This document shows, piece by piece, positions 38,795-47,619 of a stretch of DNA of 64,000 nucleotides. The notes under the pieces were generated by a model that was given only the letters and a program-made list of their open reading frames with translations, searched no databases and had not been told where the DNA came from. The DNA is from Deltaproteobacteria bacterium (GTDB lineage Bacteria; Myxococcota; Kuafuiibacteriia; Kuafuiibacteriales; Kuafuiibacteriaceae). The stretch is from contig JAVJQW010000011.1 in assembly GCA_040218735.1 (NCBI GenBank), positions 32,001 to 96,000 on the forward strand. Direction: 5' to 3'. Made by a program: the position numbers and the translations under genes. Position 1 is the stretch's first letter. The number at the start of each line of letters is the position of its first letter.

Positions 38795-40323
38795 GGAACC
38801 GCTCCTTCGTCATCACGCTGGCGCTCCTGGCGCCGGCGAGCGCGAGCGCCGAGGGGACACTCCGCCTCGACGACGCGGTGCGCTCCGCGCTCACGGAGCA
38901 CCCCGATCTCCTCGCCGCGCAGCAGCGGGTCGAGGCGGCGCGGGGGCAGCTCTCCTCGGTGCGCGGCACCTTCGACGAATACCTGGACGCCAGTGTGGAC
39001 TACCAACGAACCGAGGAAGCGATCACGCAGGAGCAGCGTCCCTTCGTCGGCGCGGACAGCCTCACGTCCGACGTCTTCACCGCCCGCCTCGGGCTCTCGA
39101 AGACCTTCCGCTGGGGGATGCGCGTCAACCCGTCCGTCGCCGTAACGCGAAGCGAGCGCGACGTCGGTGCCAACGCCCCCGAGACCGACGCTCTCAACCG
39201 TGCGCAAGCTCGATTGCAGGTCACGCAACCCATCTTGCGCAACGTCGGCGCCTCGTCCGCCGTGCTCCAAGAGCGCACGTCCGAGATCGCGTTCGAGGCC
39301 GCCGAACGCGACCTCGAAGGCACCGCCCAACGGCTCACGCGCGACGTCGTGAATGCGTATTGGACCTACGCCGCATCCGTCCGCCGCCTGGCGCTCCTCG
39401 AGATCTCCGAAGCGCTCGCCAAGAAGACCGCCGAGGACACCCGCGCGCTGATCGCCGCCGACGAACGCCCCGCCGCGGACGCCCTCCAGCTCGAAGCCAC
39501 CGAAGCCGACCGGCGACGGCAACGCCTCCAGGCCGAGTCCTCGGTGTTCGCGGATCGCCGCCGCCTCGGCCTCGCGATGGGGCTCGACGACGCCCGCGCG
39601 ATGGCGCTCCCGCCCCCCGCGCGCTCGCTGCCGACCGCGCCCCTGCTGGCGGCGATCGCGCCGACGGAGCCCGAGCTCGCCGCCGCGGTCGAACGACGCC
39701 CGGACGTCATCGCGGCGCGGCTCCGACTCGCCGCCAACGGCCTCTCCGTCGACGCGGCCGACTGGAACACCCTCCCGGAGCTCGACGCGAGCTTCGGCGT
39801 CGGTTACAGCGGCCGCCTCGACCGCGACGCGCCGTCCGGGCTCTTCGGCGCGCTCACCGCGAACGTGGGTCCGTCCGTCGGCGGGGGCCTCACGCTGCGC
39901 CTCCCGGTGCGCAACGCCCAGCAACGCGGCGCCCTCCTCAACCAGCTCGCAGCGCGCCGGCAAGCCGAGTTGCAGCTCTTCGATCTCGAACGCAACGTCC
40001 GCGCGAACCTCGCGATCGCACACAACCAACTCCTGCGCGCGGCCGAAGCGGTGACCGCCGCGCAGCGCGCGCTCGAGCTCTTCGAGGGGGCGCTCGACGC
40101 CGAGACCGAAAAACTCGCGGCGCAGCTCGGGACCGTGCTCGACGTGGTGCTCTCGCAGGAGCGCCTGCTCAACGCGCAGATCTCTTCGGTCGACGCCCGC
40201 GCGCAGAACGCACGCGCGCACGTCGATCTCGAGTACCAACGCGGCGTCCTCCCCAACGGCGCCGAAGACCAAGACGCCCTCGCGCGGCTCCTCGCCGCGT
40301 TCGCCGAGGAGGCCACCCCATGA
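38791..40323 (+). CDS. TolC-family outer-membrane channel
   Basis: Signal peptide; LDDAVRSAL..HP, TQPILR, VVNAYW, RRPDV, LPELD, GTVLDV; ATGA coupling. Confidence 0.9.
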   Translation: MRNRSFVITLALLAPASASAEGTLRLDDAVRSALTEHPDLLAAQQRVEAARGQLSSVRGTFDEYLDASVDYQRTEEAITQEQRPFVGADSLTSDVFTARLGLSKTFRWGMRVNPSVAVTRSERDVGANAPETDALNRAQARLQVTQPILRNVGASSAVLQERTSEIAFEAAERDLEGTAQRLTRDVVNAYWTYAASVRRLALLEISEALAKKTAEDTRALIAADERPAADALQLEATEADRRRQRLQAESSVFADRRRLGLAMGLDDARAMALPPPARSLPTAPLLAAIAPTEPELAAAVERRPDVIAARLRLAANGLSVDAADWNTLPELDASFGVGYSGRLDRDAPSGLFGALTANVGPSVGGGLTLRLPVRNAQQRGALLNQLAARRQAELQLFDLERNVRANLAIAHNQLLRAAEAVTAAQRALELFEGALDAETEKLAAQLGTVLDVVLSQERLLNAQISSVDARAQNARAHVDLEYQRGVLPNGAEDQDALARLLAAFAEEATP

Positions 40324-41585
40324 GCTCACCGTTCCGTGAAGCCGCGCTCGAACGCCTGTCGTCGCCGGAGCAGCTCGACAGCCTGATGCAGGTCACCACC
40401 GCCAAGGGTTGGATCGCGCTCCTGACCTCCGGCGTCCTGGTCGCCGGCTTGACGGTGTGGAGCGTCGTCGGGCGCCTCCCGACCAACATCACCGGCTCGG
40501 GGGTGCTCCTCTACCGCGGCGGCGTGACCGAAGTGACCGCGCTCGGCTCGGGGCAGGTCACGGCGCTGCACGTCGCCGAGAACGACGTCGTGAAGGTGGG
40601 TCAGACGATCGCCGAGGTCGCGCAGCCGGATCTCGTCGACCAGATCACCGACGCCGAGGCTGCCGTCGAGCAGGCCCGCGCGGACCTCGAGACGCTGCAG
40701 CGCTTCGGCACCGAGGACCAGCGGCTGCAGGCCGTCAGCCTCCGCGCGAACGAGCGCGACAAAGCCGCCGCCTTGACCTCCGCGCGCGACAAACTCGCCT
40801 ACCTCGAAGAGCGCCACGCTGCGCAGCTCAAGCTCCACGACCGGGGCCTCATCACCGGCTCCACGTTGCAGCAGACGAAACAATCGATCGACGGCGCCCA
40901 GGCCGAGATCGCGCAGCTCACCCAGAGCGTCCGCGAGCTCCGCCTGTCGACGCTGCGCAACGAGAAGCAGTCCGAGTCGGAGCTGAGGAACGCCGAGGTG
41001 CGCCTCGCGGAGGCCGAGCGAAGGGTCGAGACGCTGAAGGAGCGCCTCGCGACCAGCTCGAAGGTCGCCAGCCCCTACGCGGGCCGCGTCGTCGAGGTCC
41101 GCGCGCGGCGCGGCGCGCAGGTCAACACCGGGGGCCCGGTCATCGCGCTGGAGCTCACGAGCCCCGACGACGTCGAAGAACTGGAAGCCGTCGTGTACCT
41201 CCCCCTCGCGGAGGGCAAGCGCGTGCAACCTGGCATGCGCGTCCGAGTCTCGCCTGCGACGGTGAAGGAGGAAGAGTTCGGGATGATCCACGGCGAGGTC
41301 CGCGCCGTGGACGGGTTCGTCTCCAGCCGTCAGGGCATGGCGCGCCTTCTCGAGAACGAGGACCTCGTCTCCAGCCTGATGCAGAGCGCGGGGGGAACGG
41401 CGCTCGGCGTGCGCGTGACCCTCGACCGTGACGAAGCCGCGAAGAGCGGCTTTTCGTGGACCTCGGGCGAAGGCCCCCCGCTACAGGTCGAGAGCGGCAC
41501 GCCCTGCTCCGCCACGATCACCCTCGAGACCGAGCGCCCGATCGCCCAGCTACTGCCGTCCGTCGCGAGGTGGTTGGGGCCGTGA
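40320..41585 (+). CDS. NHLM bacteriocin system secretion protein (HlyD family)
   Basis: FREAALERLSSPEQLD N-terminus characteristic of this family; TM, lipoyl-like halves, coiled coil, SPATVKEEEFG; ATGA coupling. Confidence 0.92.
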   Translation: MSSPFREAALERLSSPEQLDSLMQVTTAKGWIALLTSGVLVAGLTVWSVVGRLPTNITGSGVLLYRGGVTEVTALGSGQVTALHVAENDVVKVGQTIAEVAQPDLVDQITDAEAAVEQARADLETLQRFGTEDQRLQAVSLRANERDKAAALTSARDKLAYLEERHAAQLKLHDRGLITGSTLQQTKQSIDGAQAEIAQLTQSVRELRLSTLRNEKQSESELRNAEVRLAEAERRVETLKERLATSSKVASPYAGRVVEVRARRGAQVNTGGPVIALELTSPDDVEELEAVVYLPLAEGKRVQPGMRVRVSPATVKEEEFGMIHGEVRAVDGFVSSRQGMARLLENEDLVSSLMQSAGGTALGVRVTLDRDEAAKSGFSWTSGEGPPLQVESGTPCSATITLETERPIAQLLPSVARWLGP

Positions 41586-43711
41586 AACGCAAGAAGGTCG
41601 AGACCGTCCTCCAGATGGAGGCCGTAGAGTGCGGCGCCGCGTCACTCGCGATGATCCTCGGCTACTACGGCGCGCACGTCCCGCTCGAAGAGCTCCGCTA
41701 CGAGTGCGGCGTGTCGCGCGACGGCACCAAGGCCGGCAACATCCTCCGCGCCGCGCGCACCTACGGCCTCACCGCGAAGGGCTTCAAGAAGGAGCCGTCG
41801 CAGCTCGCCGAGATGCCGCTCCCCGCGGTGCTGCACTGGAACTTTCAGCACTTCCTCGTGCTCGAAGGCATCGACGACGAAAAGGCGTGGCTCAACGATC
41901 CCGCGCTCGGTCAACGGACCGTCACCCTCGAACAGCTCGACGAGGCCTTCACGGGCGTCGTCCTCACCTTCGAACCCAACGACGCGTTCAAAAAGCGCGG
42001 CGCGCCGATGCGAGTGTGGCCGAAGCTCCTGGAACGCATCCAGGGTTCGAAGTCCGCGCTCGTCTTCGCCGTCGTCGCCGGGCTCCTCCTCGCGGTGCCG
42101 GGGATCGTGATCCCCCTCCTCGCGCGGATCTTCGTCGACGAGATCCTCGTGGGCGGAAAGACGAGCTGGCTCCTCCCGCTCCTCGCCTTCGCCGCGCTCC
42201 TCCTCGTCCTGCAGTCCGGGCTCGGCCGACTGCGCGCGAAGAACCTCCTCGACTTCCGCACCAAGCTCTCCGTCCTGGGCTCGGCGCGCTTCATCTGGCA
42301 CACGCTGCGGATCGAGCCGCGGTTCTTCGAAGCGCGCTTGCCGGGCGACGTCGCGATGCGCGCCGGCCTCGAGTCTTCGCTCGCGGGGACCCTCGCCGGG
42401 CAGCTCGCGAGCACCTTCATCGATCTGCTGCTCGTCGTCTTCTACCTGATCGTGATGCTGTCGTTCGACGTCCCGCTCACGCTCGCCGCCGTGACCGCCG
42501 CCGCGATCAACATCGTCGCGCTCCGGATGATCCAGTCCCACCGCGCGACCCTGAGCAACCGCGCGTCGCGCGCCGAGTCGAACCTCAACGGCGTGCAGTC
42601 GGCGGGGCTCATGCAGATCGAGACGCTCAAGTCGACGGGATCCGAGAGCCAGTTCTTCGAACGCTGGGCCGGGAACTACGCCCACGTCGTGAACACCAAG
42701 CAGGAGTCGACCGACAGCAACCTGCGCCTCGGCCTCGTGCCCGCGCTCCTCGGTGGGATCTCCACCGCGGTCATCCTCTGCTGGGGCGCGACCCGCGTGC
42801 TCGACGGCGCGATGACGATGGGGACGCTCGTCGCGTTCCAAGCGCTCACCGCCTCGTTCCTCGGCCCGGTCCAGCGCGTCCTCGGGCTGTGGTCGACGGT
42901 CCAGATGCTCCCCGGCAACCTGGTCCGCCTCGACGACGTCCTGAAACAACGCGTCGACGACCCGTTCGGCGAAGGCAACGATCGGACGCCGCTCGTCGGG
43001 CGCGTCGAGCTGGAGGGCGTGACGTTTGGCTACAGCCCGCGCGAGCCGCCGCTGCTCGACGACTTCTCGCTCACCGTCGAACCGGGGCAACGCGTCGCGC
43101 TCGTCGGGAGCTCCGGGAGCGGCAAGAGCACCATCGCGAAGCTCATCGCCGGCGTGTATCCGCCGTGGGCCGGCACGGTCCTCTTCGACGGGCGACCGCC
43201 GAACACGATCGACCGCCGCGCGTTCCTGGACGCGTTCAGCGTGGTGAACCAGGAGATCATCCTCTTCGAAGGCACTGTCCGCGAGAACCTCACGTTCTGG
43301 GACGACTCGATCCCGCAGGAGGACGTCGTGCGCGCGGCGAAGGACGCGTGCATCCACGAACACATCGTCGGCCTCCCGAACGGCTACGACACAAAGCTCG
43401 AAGAGGCCGGCCGGAACCTGAGCGGCGGGCAGCGGCAGCGCCTCGAGCTCGCGCGCGCGCTCGTCAAGAACCCGGCGCTCCTCGTGCTCGACGAAGCGAC
43501 GAGCGCGCTCGACTCGACGGTCGAGCAGCAGATCGATCGCAACCTGAGGCGCCGTGGGTGCACCTGCCTGATCGTCGCGCACCGCCTGAGCACCGTGCGC
43601 GACGCGGATCAGATCGTCGTCCTCGAACGCGGCAAGGTCGTGGAGCGCGGGACCCACGACGACCTGTACGCGTCCGACGGCACCTACAAACGACTGGTGG
43701 CGTCGGCATGA
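41582..43711 (+). CDS. NHLM-type ABC transporter with C39 peptidase domain
   Basis: LQMEAVECGAASL (Cys), CGVSRDG, HWNFQHF (His), NDPA; GSSGSGKS, LSGGQRQR, LDEATSALD. Confidence 0.95.
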   Translation: MKRKKVETVLQMEAVECGAASLAMILGYYGAHVPLEELRYECGVSRDGTKAGNILRAARTYGLTAKGFKKEPSQLAEMPLPAVLHWNFQHFLVLEGIDDEKAWLNDPALGQRTVTLEQLDEAFTGVVLTFEPNDAFKKRGAPMRVWPKLLERIQGSKSALVFAVVAGLLLAVPGIVIPLLARIFVDEILVGGKTSWLLPLLAFAALLLVLQSGLGRLRAKNLLDFRTKLSVLGSARFIWHTLRIEPRFFEARLPGDVAMRAGLESSLAGTLAGQLASTFIDLLLVVFYLIVMLSFDVPLTLAAVTAAAINIVALRMIQSHRATLSNRASRAESNLNGVQSAGLMQIETLKSTGSESQFFERWAGNYAHVVNTKQESTDSNLRLGLVPALLGGISTAVILCWGATRVLDGAMTMGTLVAFQALTASFLGPVQRVLGLWSTVQMLPGNLVRLDDVLKQRVDDPFGEGNDRTPLVGRVELEGVTFGYSPREPPLLDDFSLTVEPGQRVALVGSSGSGKSTIAKLIAGVYPPWAGTVLFDGRPPNTIDRRAFLDAFSVVNQEIILFEGTVRENLTFWDDSIPQEDVVRAAKDACIHEHIVGLPNGYDTKLEEAGRNLSGGQRQRLELARALVKNPALLVLDEATSALDSTVEQQIDRNLRRRGCTCLIVAHRLSTVRDADQIVVLERGKVVERGTHDDLYASDGTYKRLVASA

Positions 43712-46269
43712 CCAGCGCGACGTACGACAGCCGAACGACCCGCTCCATCGAGGGCAACGCCCCGCTGTGGCTCGTCGGCGACGGCGCGTGGCGGGTCGTC
43801 GGCGGCGAGGTCGATCTGTTCGTGGTGCAGCGGCGAGACGGCCGCGCCGTCGGGCGGCGCCGCTACCTCGGACAGATCGGCGCGAACGCCCTCCTCCTGG
43901 AGCTCGAGTGCGACGCCGAGCATCAGCTCCTCGCCGTCGGGGTGCTCGGCACGACGGTCGAGCGTGTCGAAGACCCGTCCCCGAGCGACCCCGCGCTCGG
44001 CCCCTGGCGCAAGATCTTCGGCGGCGAGGATCCCCGCGTCGCCGCCCAGACCTTCCTGGCCGACGAGGCCCCCCGCGAATTGAACGCCCGTGCGGCGATC
44101 CGCGATCGGGTGGAGGCCGGCGTCGAGCGCAACCGCGACCTCTTCGACGCCGCCCTGCGAGGCCTCGGCGATCTCCGCCTCCGCGGCGCCGCGAAGTGGT
44201 CGCCGCCCGACGAACCGTTGGCCTTCGCGATCGCCCACGTCGCGCGCGCCGAGGGCATGACGCCGCCCGCGAGCGCGTTCGAGGACCTCGGCGAAGGTGA
44301 CGCCAAGACGCGCCTCGAACGCTTCGGCCGCCGCGCTCGCGCGCGGAGCCGGCGCGTGTTGCTGCGCGGGGACTGGTTCAGAACCGACGCCGGCTCCCTC
44401 GTCGCGTTCGAGGACCGCGGCGTCGACAAGCCTTACCCCGTCGCGTTGGTCCGCACCGCGGCGGGTTACGTGCTGCACGCCGCACAGGAGGCGCCCGTCG
44501 CCGTCGACCGCGAGGTCTCGGACCGGCTGACCGGCGAGGCGTTCCAGCTCTACCCGGGCTTCGACAAGGACCGCATCACACCCGTCGATCTCGTTCGCTT
44601 CGCGATGCGCGGCCGACGCACCGACGCGATCGTGATGGCCGCGATCGGGATCGCGGGTGCGGTCGTGGGGTCCGCCGTCCCGCTCGCGACGAAGGAGATC
44701 TTCGGCACCGTCATTCCGAACGCCGCGCACTCGATGCTGTGGTTGGTGTTCGCGGCGCTCATCGGGCTCACCGTCGCGCAGGCGGTGTTCCAGCTGTCGA
44801 TGGGGCTCGCGCAGCTGCGGCTCGAGTCGCGCACCACCGCCGCGTCGCAGGCGGCGGTCCTGGATCGTGTGCTCAGCCTGCCGATGGGATTCTTCCGGCG
44901 GTTCGGCACGGGGGATCTGTCGCAGCGCGCGATGGGCATCGAACAGATCCGCTCGATGCTCTCGGGGACGGTCTTTGCGTCGTTGATGTCGTTTGTCTTC
45001 TCGCTGTCGAGCTTCGCGCTCTTGTTCTACTTCAGCCTCCAGCTCGCGCTCGCGGGGCTCGTGCTCGTCCTGATCGCCGGGGGCGTCGCGGTGTTCAGCG
45101 CGTGGATCGACGTGCGACTGATGCGGCGCATGGAGGAAGCGCGCGGCGCGACTTCGAACTACCTCCTCGAAAACCTCGCGGGGATCGCCAAGATCAAATC
45201 GGCGGGCGCCGAGGCCCACGTGTTCGCGGAGTGGTCGAAGCGCTTCGGGCGACAGTGGTCACTCACGTATCGCTCGACGGACATCCAGAACGACGTGCAG
45301 ACCTTCACCACCGCGTTCCCGCTGTTCTGTTCGATGGTGCTGTTCTTCATCGTCGGCAACTCGGGCGGCGACATCGGTACCGCCGACTACGTCGCGTTCT
45401 CCGCCGCGTTCACCGCGTTCAACGGGGCCGCGCTCGGCCTGATCAACGCCGGGCTGATGGCCCTCAGGATCGTCCCGCTCTACGAGCGCGCGCGGCCGAT
45501 CCTCGAGACAACGCCCGAGGTCCCGACCGAACGCCTCGCCGACGTGGACCTGAACGGGAAGATCGAGGTCAGCCACGTGAGCTTCGGCTACGACCCGGAG
45601 GCGCCGGTGCTCGAGGACGTCAGCTTCGAGGTCCCCGCCGGCCAGATGGTCGCGCTGGTCGGTCCCTCCGGCTCCGGGAAGTCGACGCTGGTGCGGCTCC
45701 TCCTCGGGTTCGAGACACCGACGTCCGGCGCGGTGTACTTCGACGACCAAGACCTGTCCGAGATGAACGCCGAGGCCGTGCGCCGGAACATGGGCGTCGT
45801 GACCCAGACCGGCGAGGTCCTCGGCGGAACGATCCTCGAGAACATCCGCGGCGGGACCGACGCGACGATGGAGCAGGTCTGGACCGCCGCGGAGCGCGCG
45901 GCGTTCGCCGACGAGATCCGCGCGATGCCGATGGGGATGCACACCGTCCTCCAGCCGCGCGGCGGGACACTCTCCGGCGGCCAGCGGCAGCGCCTGCGGA
46001 TCTCGCGGGCGCTGGTCGAAGAGCCGAAGATCCTCGTCCTCGACGAAGCGACGAGCGCGCTCGACAACCGGACGCAGGCGGTCGTCACGGACAGCCTGCA
46101 GGCGCTCGGCGTGACGCGGCTGGTGATCGCGCACCGGCTCAGCACGATCGAGCGCGCGGACCTGATCGTCTACCTCGAGGACGGGCGCGTGGTGGAGCGC
46201 GGCACGTTCGAGGAGCTCATGGCGCTCGACGGCGCCTTCGCGAAGCTGGCGCGCCGGCAGCAGGCGTGA
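43708..46269 (+). CDS. Second NHLM-type ABC transporter (no peptidase, cNMP-like N-terminus)
   Basis: GEVDLFVV..GRRRYL N-terminus; TMD; GPSGSGKS, LSGGQRQR, DEATSALDN; ATGA coupling. Confidence 0.93.
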   Translation: MTSATYDSRTTRSIEGNAPLWLVGDGAWRVVGGEVDLFVVQRRDGRAVGRRRYLGQIGANALLLELECDAEHQLLAVGVLGTTVERVEDPSPSDPALGPWRKIFGGEDPRVAAQTFLADEAPRELNARAAIRDRVEAGVERNRDLFDAALRGLGDLRLRGAAKWSPPDEPLAFAIAHVARAEGMTPPASAFEDLGEGDAKTRLERFGRRARARSRRVLLRGDWFRTDAGSLVAFEDRGVDKPYPVALVRTAAGYVLHAAQEAPVAVDREVSDRLTGEAFQLYPGFDKDRITPVDLVRFAMRGRRTDAIVMAAIGIAGAVVGSAVPLATKEIFGTVIPNAAHSMLWLVFAALIGLTVAQAVFQLSMGLAQLRLESRTTAASQAAVLDRVLSLPMGFFRRFGTGDLSQRAMGIEQIRSMLSGTVFASLMSFVFSLSSFALLFYFSLQLALAGLVLVLIAGGVAVFSAWIDVRLMRRMEEARGATSNYLLENLAGIAKIKSAGAEAHVFAEWSKRFGRQWSLTYRSTDIQNDVQTFTTAFPLFCSMVLFFIVGNSGGDIGTADYVAFSAAFTAFNGAALGLINAGLMALRIVPLYERARPILETTPEVPTERLADVDLNGKIEVSHVSFGYDPEAPVLEDVSFEVPAGQMVALVGPSGSGKSTLVRLLLGFETPTSGAVYFDDQDLSEMNAEAVRRNMGVVTQTGEVLGGTILENIRGGTDATMEQVWTAAERAAFADEIRAMPMGMHTVLQPRGGTLSGGQRQRLRISRALVEEPKILVLDEATSALDNRTQAVVTDSLQALGVTRLVIAHRLSTIERADLIVYLEDGRVVERGTFEELMALDGAFAKLARRQQA

Positions 46270-46279
46270 GGAGGAACCG

Positions 46280-46777
46280 ATGCGACAGGCTTTGTACATC
46301 CTAGGGCAACTCACGGACGACGACGTGGAGTGGATGATCCAAAACGGTCGTCGCCACGCCGCGCGCACCGGCGACGTCCTGATCCGCGAGGGTGAGCCGG
46401 TGCGGTCGCTGTTCGTGCTGCTCGACGGCCTCGTCGCGATCGAGCGTGGCGGCAAGCGGATCAACACGTCGCAACCGGGTGAGTTCTTGGGAGAGCTGTC
46501 CTTCGTGGACTCGCGGCCGCCGAGCGCGACGGTCAAGGCGGCCCGCGACTCATCGCTCCTCGAATTGCCGCGTGACGTGCTGGTGCGCCACCTCGGTGAA
46601 GACCTCGGGTTCGCGAGCCGCTTCTACCGCGCGGTGGCGGTGTTCCTCGCCGACCGCGTGCGCGCGGAGATCGGCGGAGGTCACGATCCGGACGAGCTCG
46701 ATCCGGACGTGCTCGACGAGGTGAGTCGGGCGGGCGAGCGGTTCACGCGGATCCTTCAGAGGTTTCAGCGAGCGTGA
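46280..46777 (+). CDS. Cyclic-nucleotide-binding domain protein, bacteriocin-transport associated
   Basis: GAGGAGG RBS; LTDDDVEWM, LIREG, GEFLGELSFVDSRPPSATV, FASRFYRA. Confidence 0.9.
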   Translation: MRQALYILGQLTDDDVEWMIQNGRRHAARTGDVLIREGEPVRSLFVLLDGLVAIERGGKRINTSQPGEFLGELSFVDSRPPSATVKAARDSSLLELPRDVLVRHLGEDLGFASRFYRAVAVFLADRVRAEIGGGHDPDELDPDVLDEVSRAGERFTRILQRFQRA

Positions 46778-46904
46778 GCGGTGACGTGTCACAAGCGCGG
46801 GCGGTGACACAGAGGACACGATCGAGGCGCGGCCGCGGTGGCCCGCTTGGTGCATTTCGAAAACGTAGGCGCGACACGATAGGCGCGCGGAGGAATGAAG
46901 AGAG

Positions 46905-47585
46905 ATGAAGAGCATCACCATCAACGGAAAGACGTACTACCCGGGCGACGAGGTCGAAGTGGAGATCGATGGGCAAAAGCATCGACTCCCGTTCCCCAAG
47001 GACCCGGGCGTGTCCGAATCGGGCGAGCTCAGCGACGATGCGCTGGACGCCGTCACCGGGGGCGCCGGAAGCTACCCGGTGTGTCCCGGATCCGAGGGTA
47101 CCGGCGGCACGCCCATCTGTGACGTGGCTTCGCTGTACATCGGCGCCCTCTGCTTCGAGACGGGGTCGACGCTCCAATGTTTCTGCTCGAGGAGCAACGG
47201 CTACGCCATCGACTCGTACACGAACTGCCAGGGGCTCGGTCCGGACACCACGGTGTCCGACGCTCGCGTGAAGCAGGACGTCCAGCCCCTCGAAGGCGCG
47301 CTCGACACCCTCCTCGCGCTCCGCGGCGTCACGTTCGCCTACGACGCCGAAAAGGCGCCCGGCACGCGGCCCGGTGAGCACGTCGGGTTCGTCGCGCAGG
47401 AGGTCGAAGAGGTCCTCCCCACCTGGGTGCACGAGGCCGGAGGCATCAAGCGCCTGAAGGCCGAGGGGCTCTCCTTCGAAGCGCTCGCCGTCGAGGCGCT
47501 CCGGGAGCTGAAGAAGCAGAACGAACGCCTCGCCGAAGACAACGCCGAGCTGCGCAAGCGGCTGGATCGAATCGAGTCCGCCTGA
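46905..47585 (+). CDS. Double-glycine-leader precursor: 6-Cys core fused to a peptidase S74-like intramolecular chaperone domain
   Basis: ELSDDALDAVTGG leader end; Cys-rich aa 54-117; SDARVK..., LRGVTFAY, GFVAQEVEEVLP and a terminal coiled coil. Confidence 0.85.
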   Translation: MKSITINGKTYYPGDEVEVEIDGQKHRLPFPKDPGVSESGELSDDALDAVTGGAGSYPVCPGSEGTGGTPICDVASLYIGALCFETGSTLQCFCSRSNGYAIDSYTNCQGLGPDTTVSDARVKQDVQPLEGALDTLLALRGVTFAYDAEKAPGTRPGEHVGFVAQEVEEVLPTWVHEAGGIKRLKAEGLSFEALAVEALRELKKQNERLAEDNAELRKRLDRIESA

Positions 47586-47619
47586 TCCGCTTCTGCCCCG
47601 ACCTGCTACGCTGCGCGCG

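Noticed and set aside
38673-46269. Apparent long fusions (970-aa HlyD ORF, 1613-aa ABC ORF); the same applies to the 27684, 49047 and 58004 ORF starts
   Set aside because: The N-terminal parts are off-frame read-through over neighbouring genes. Coupled ATGA/GTGA starts, an RBS or a -10 motif give normal-sized proteins.
46905-47585. Prophage remnant (tail fibre) as the explanation for the S74 domain
   Set aside because: No phage genes nearby; the ORF is intact and has a GG leader matching the adjacent C39 transporter.
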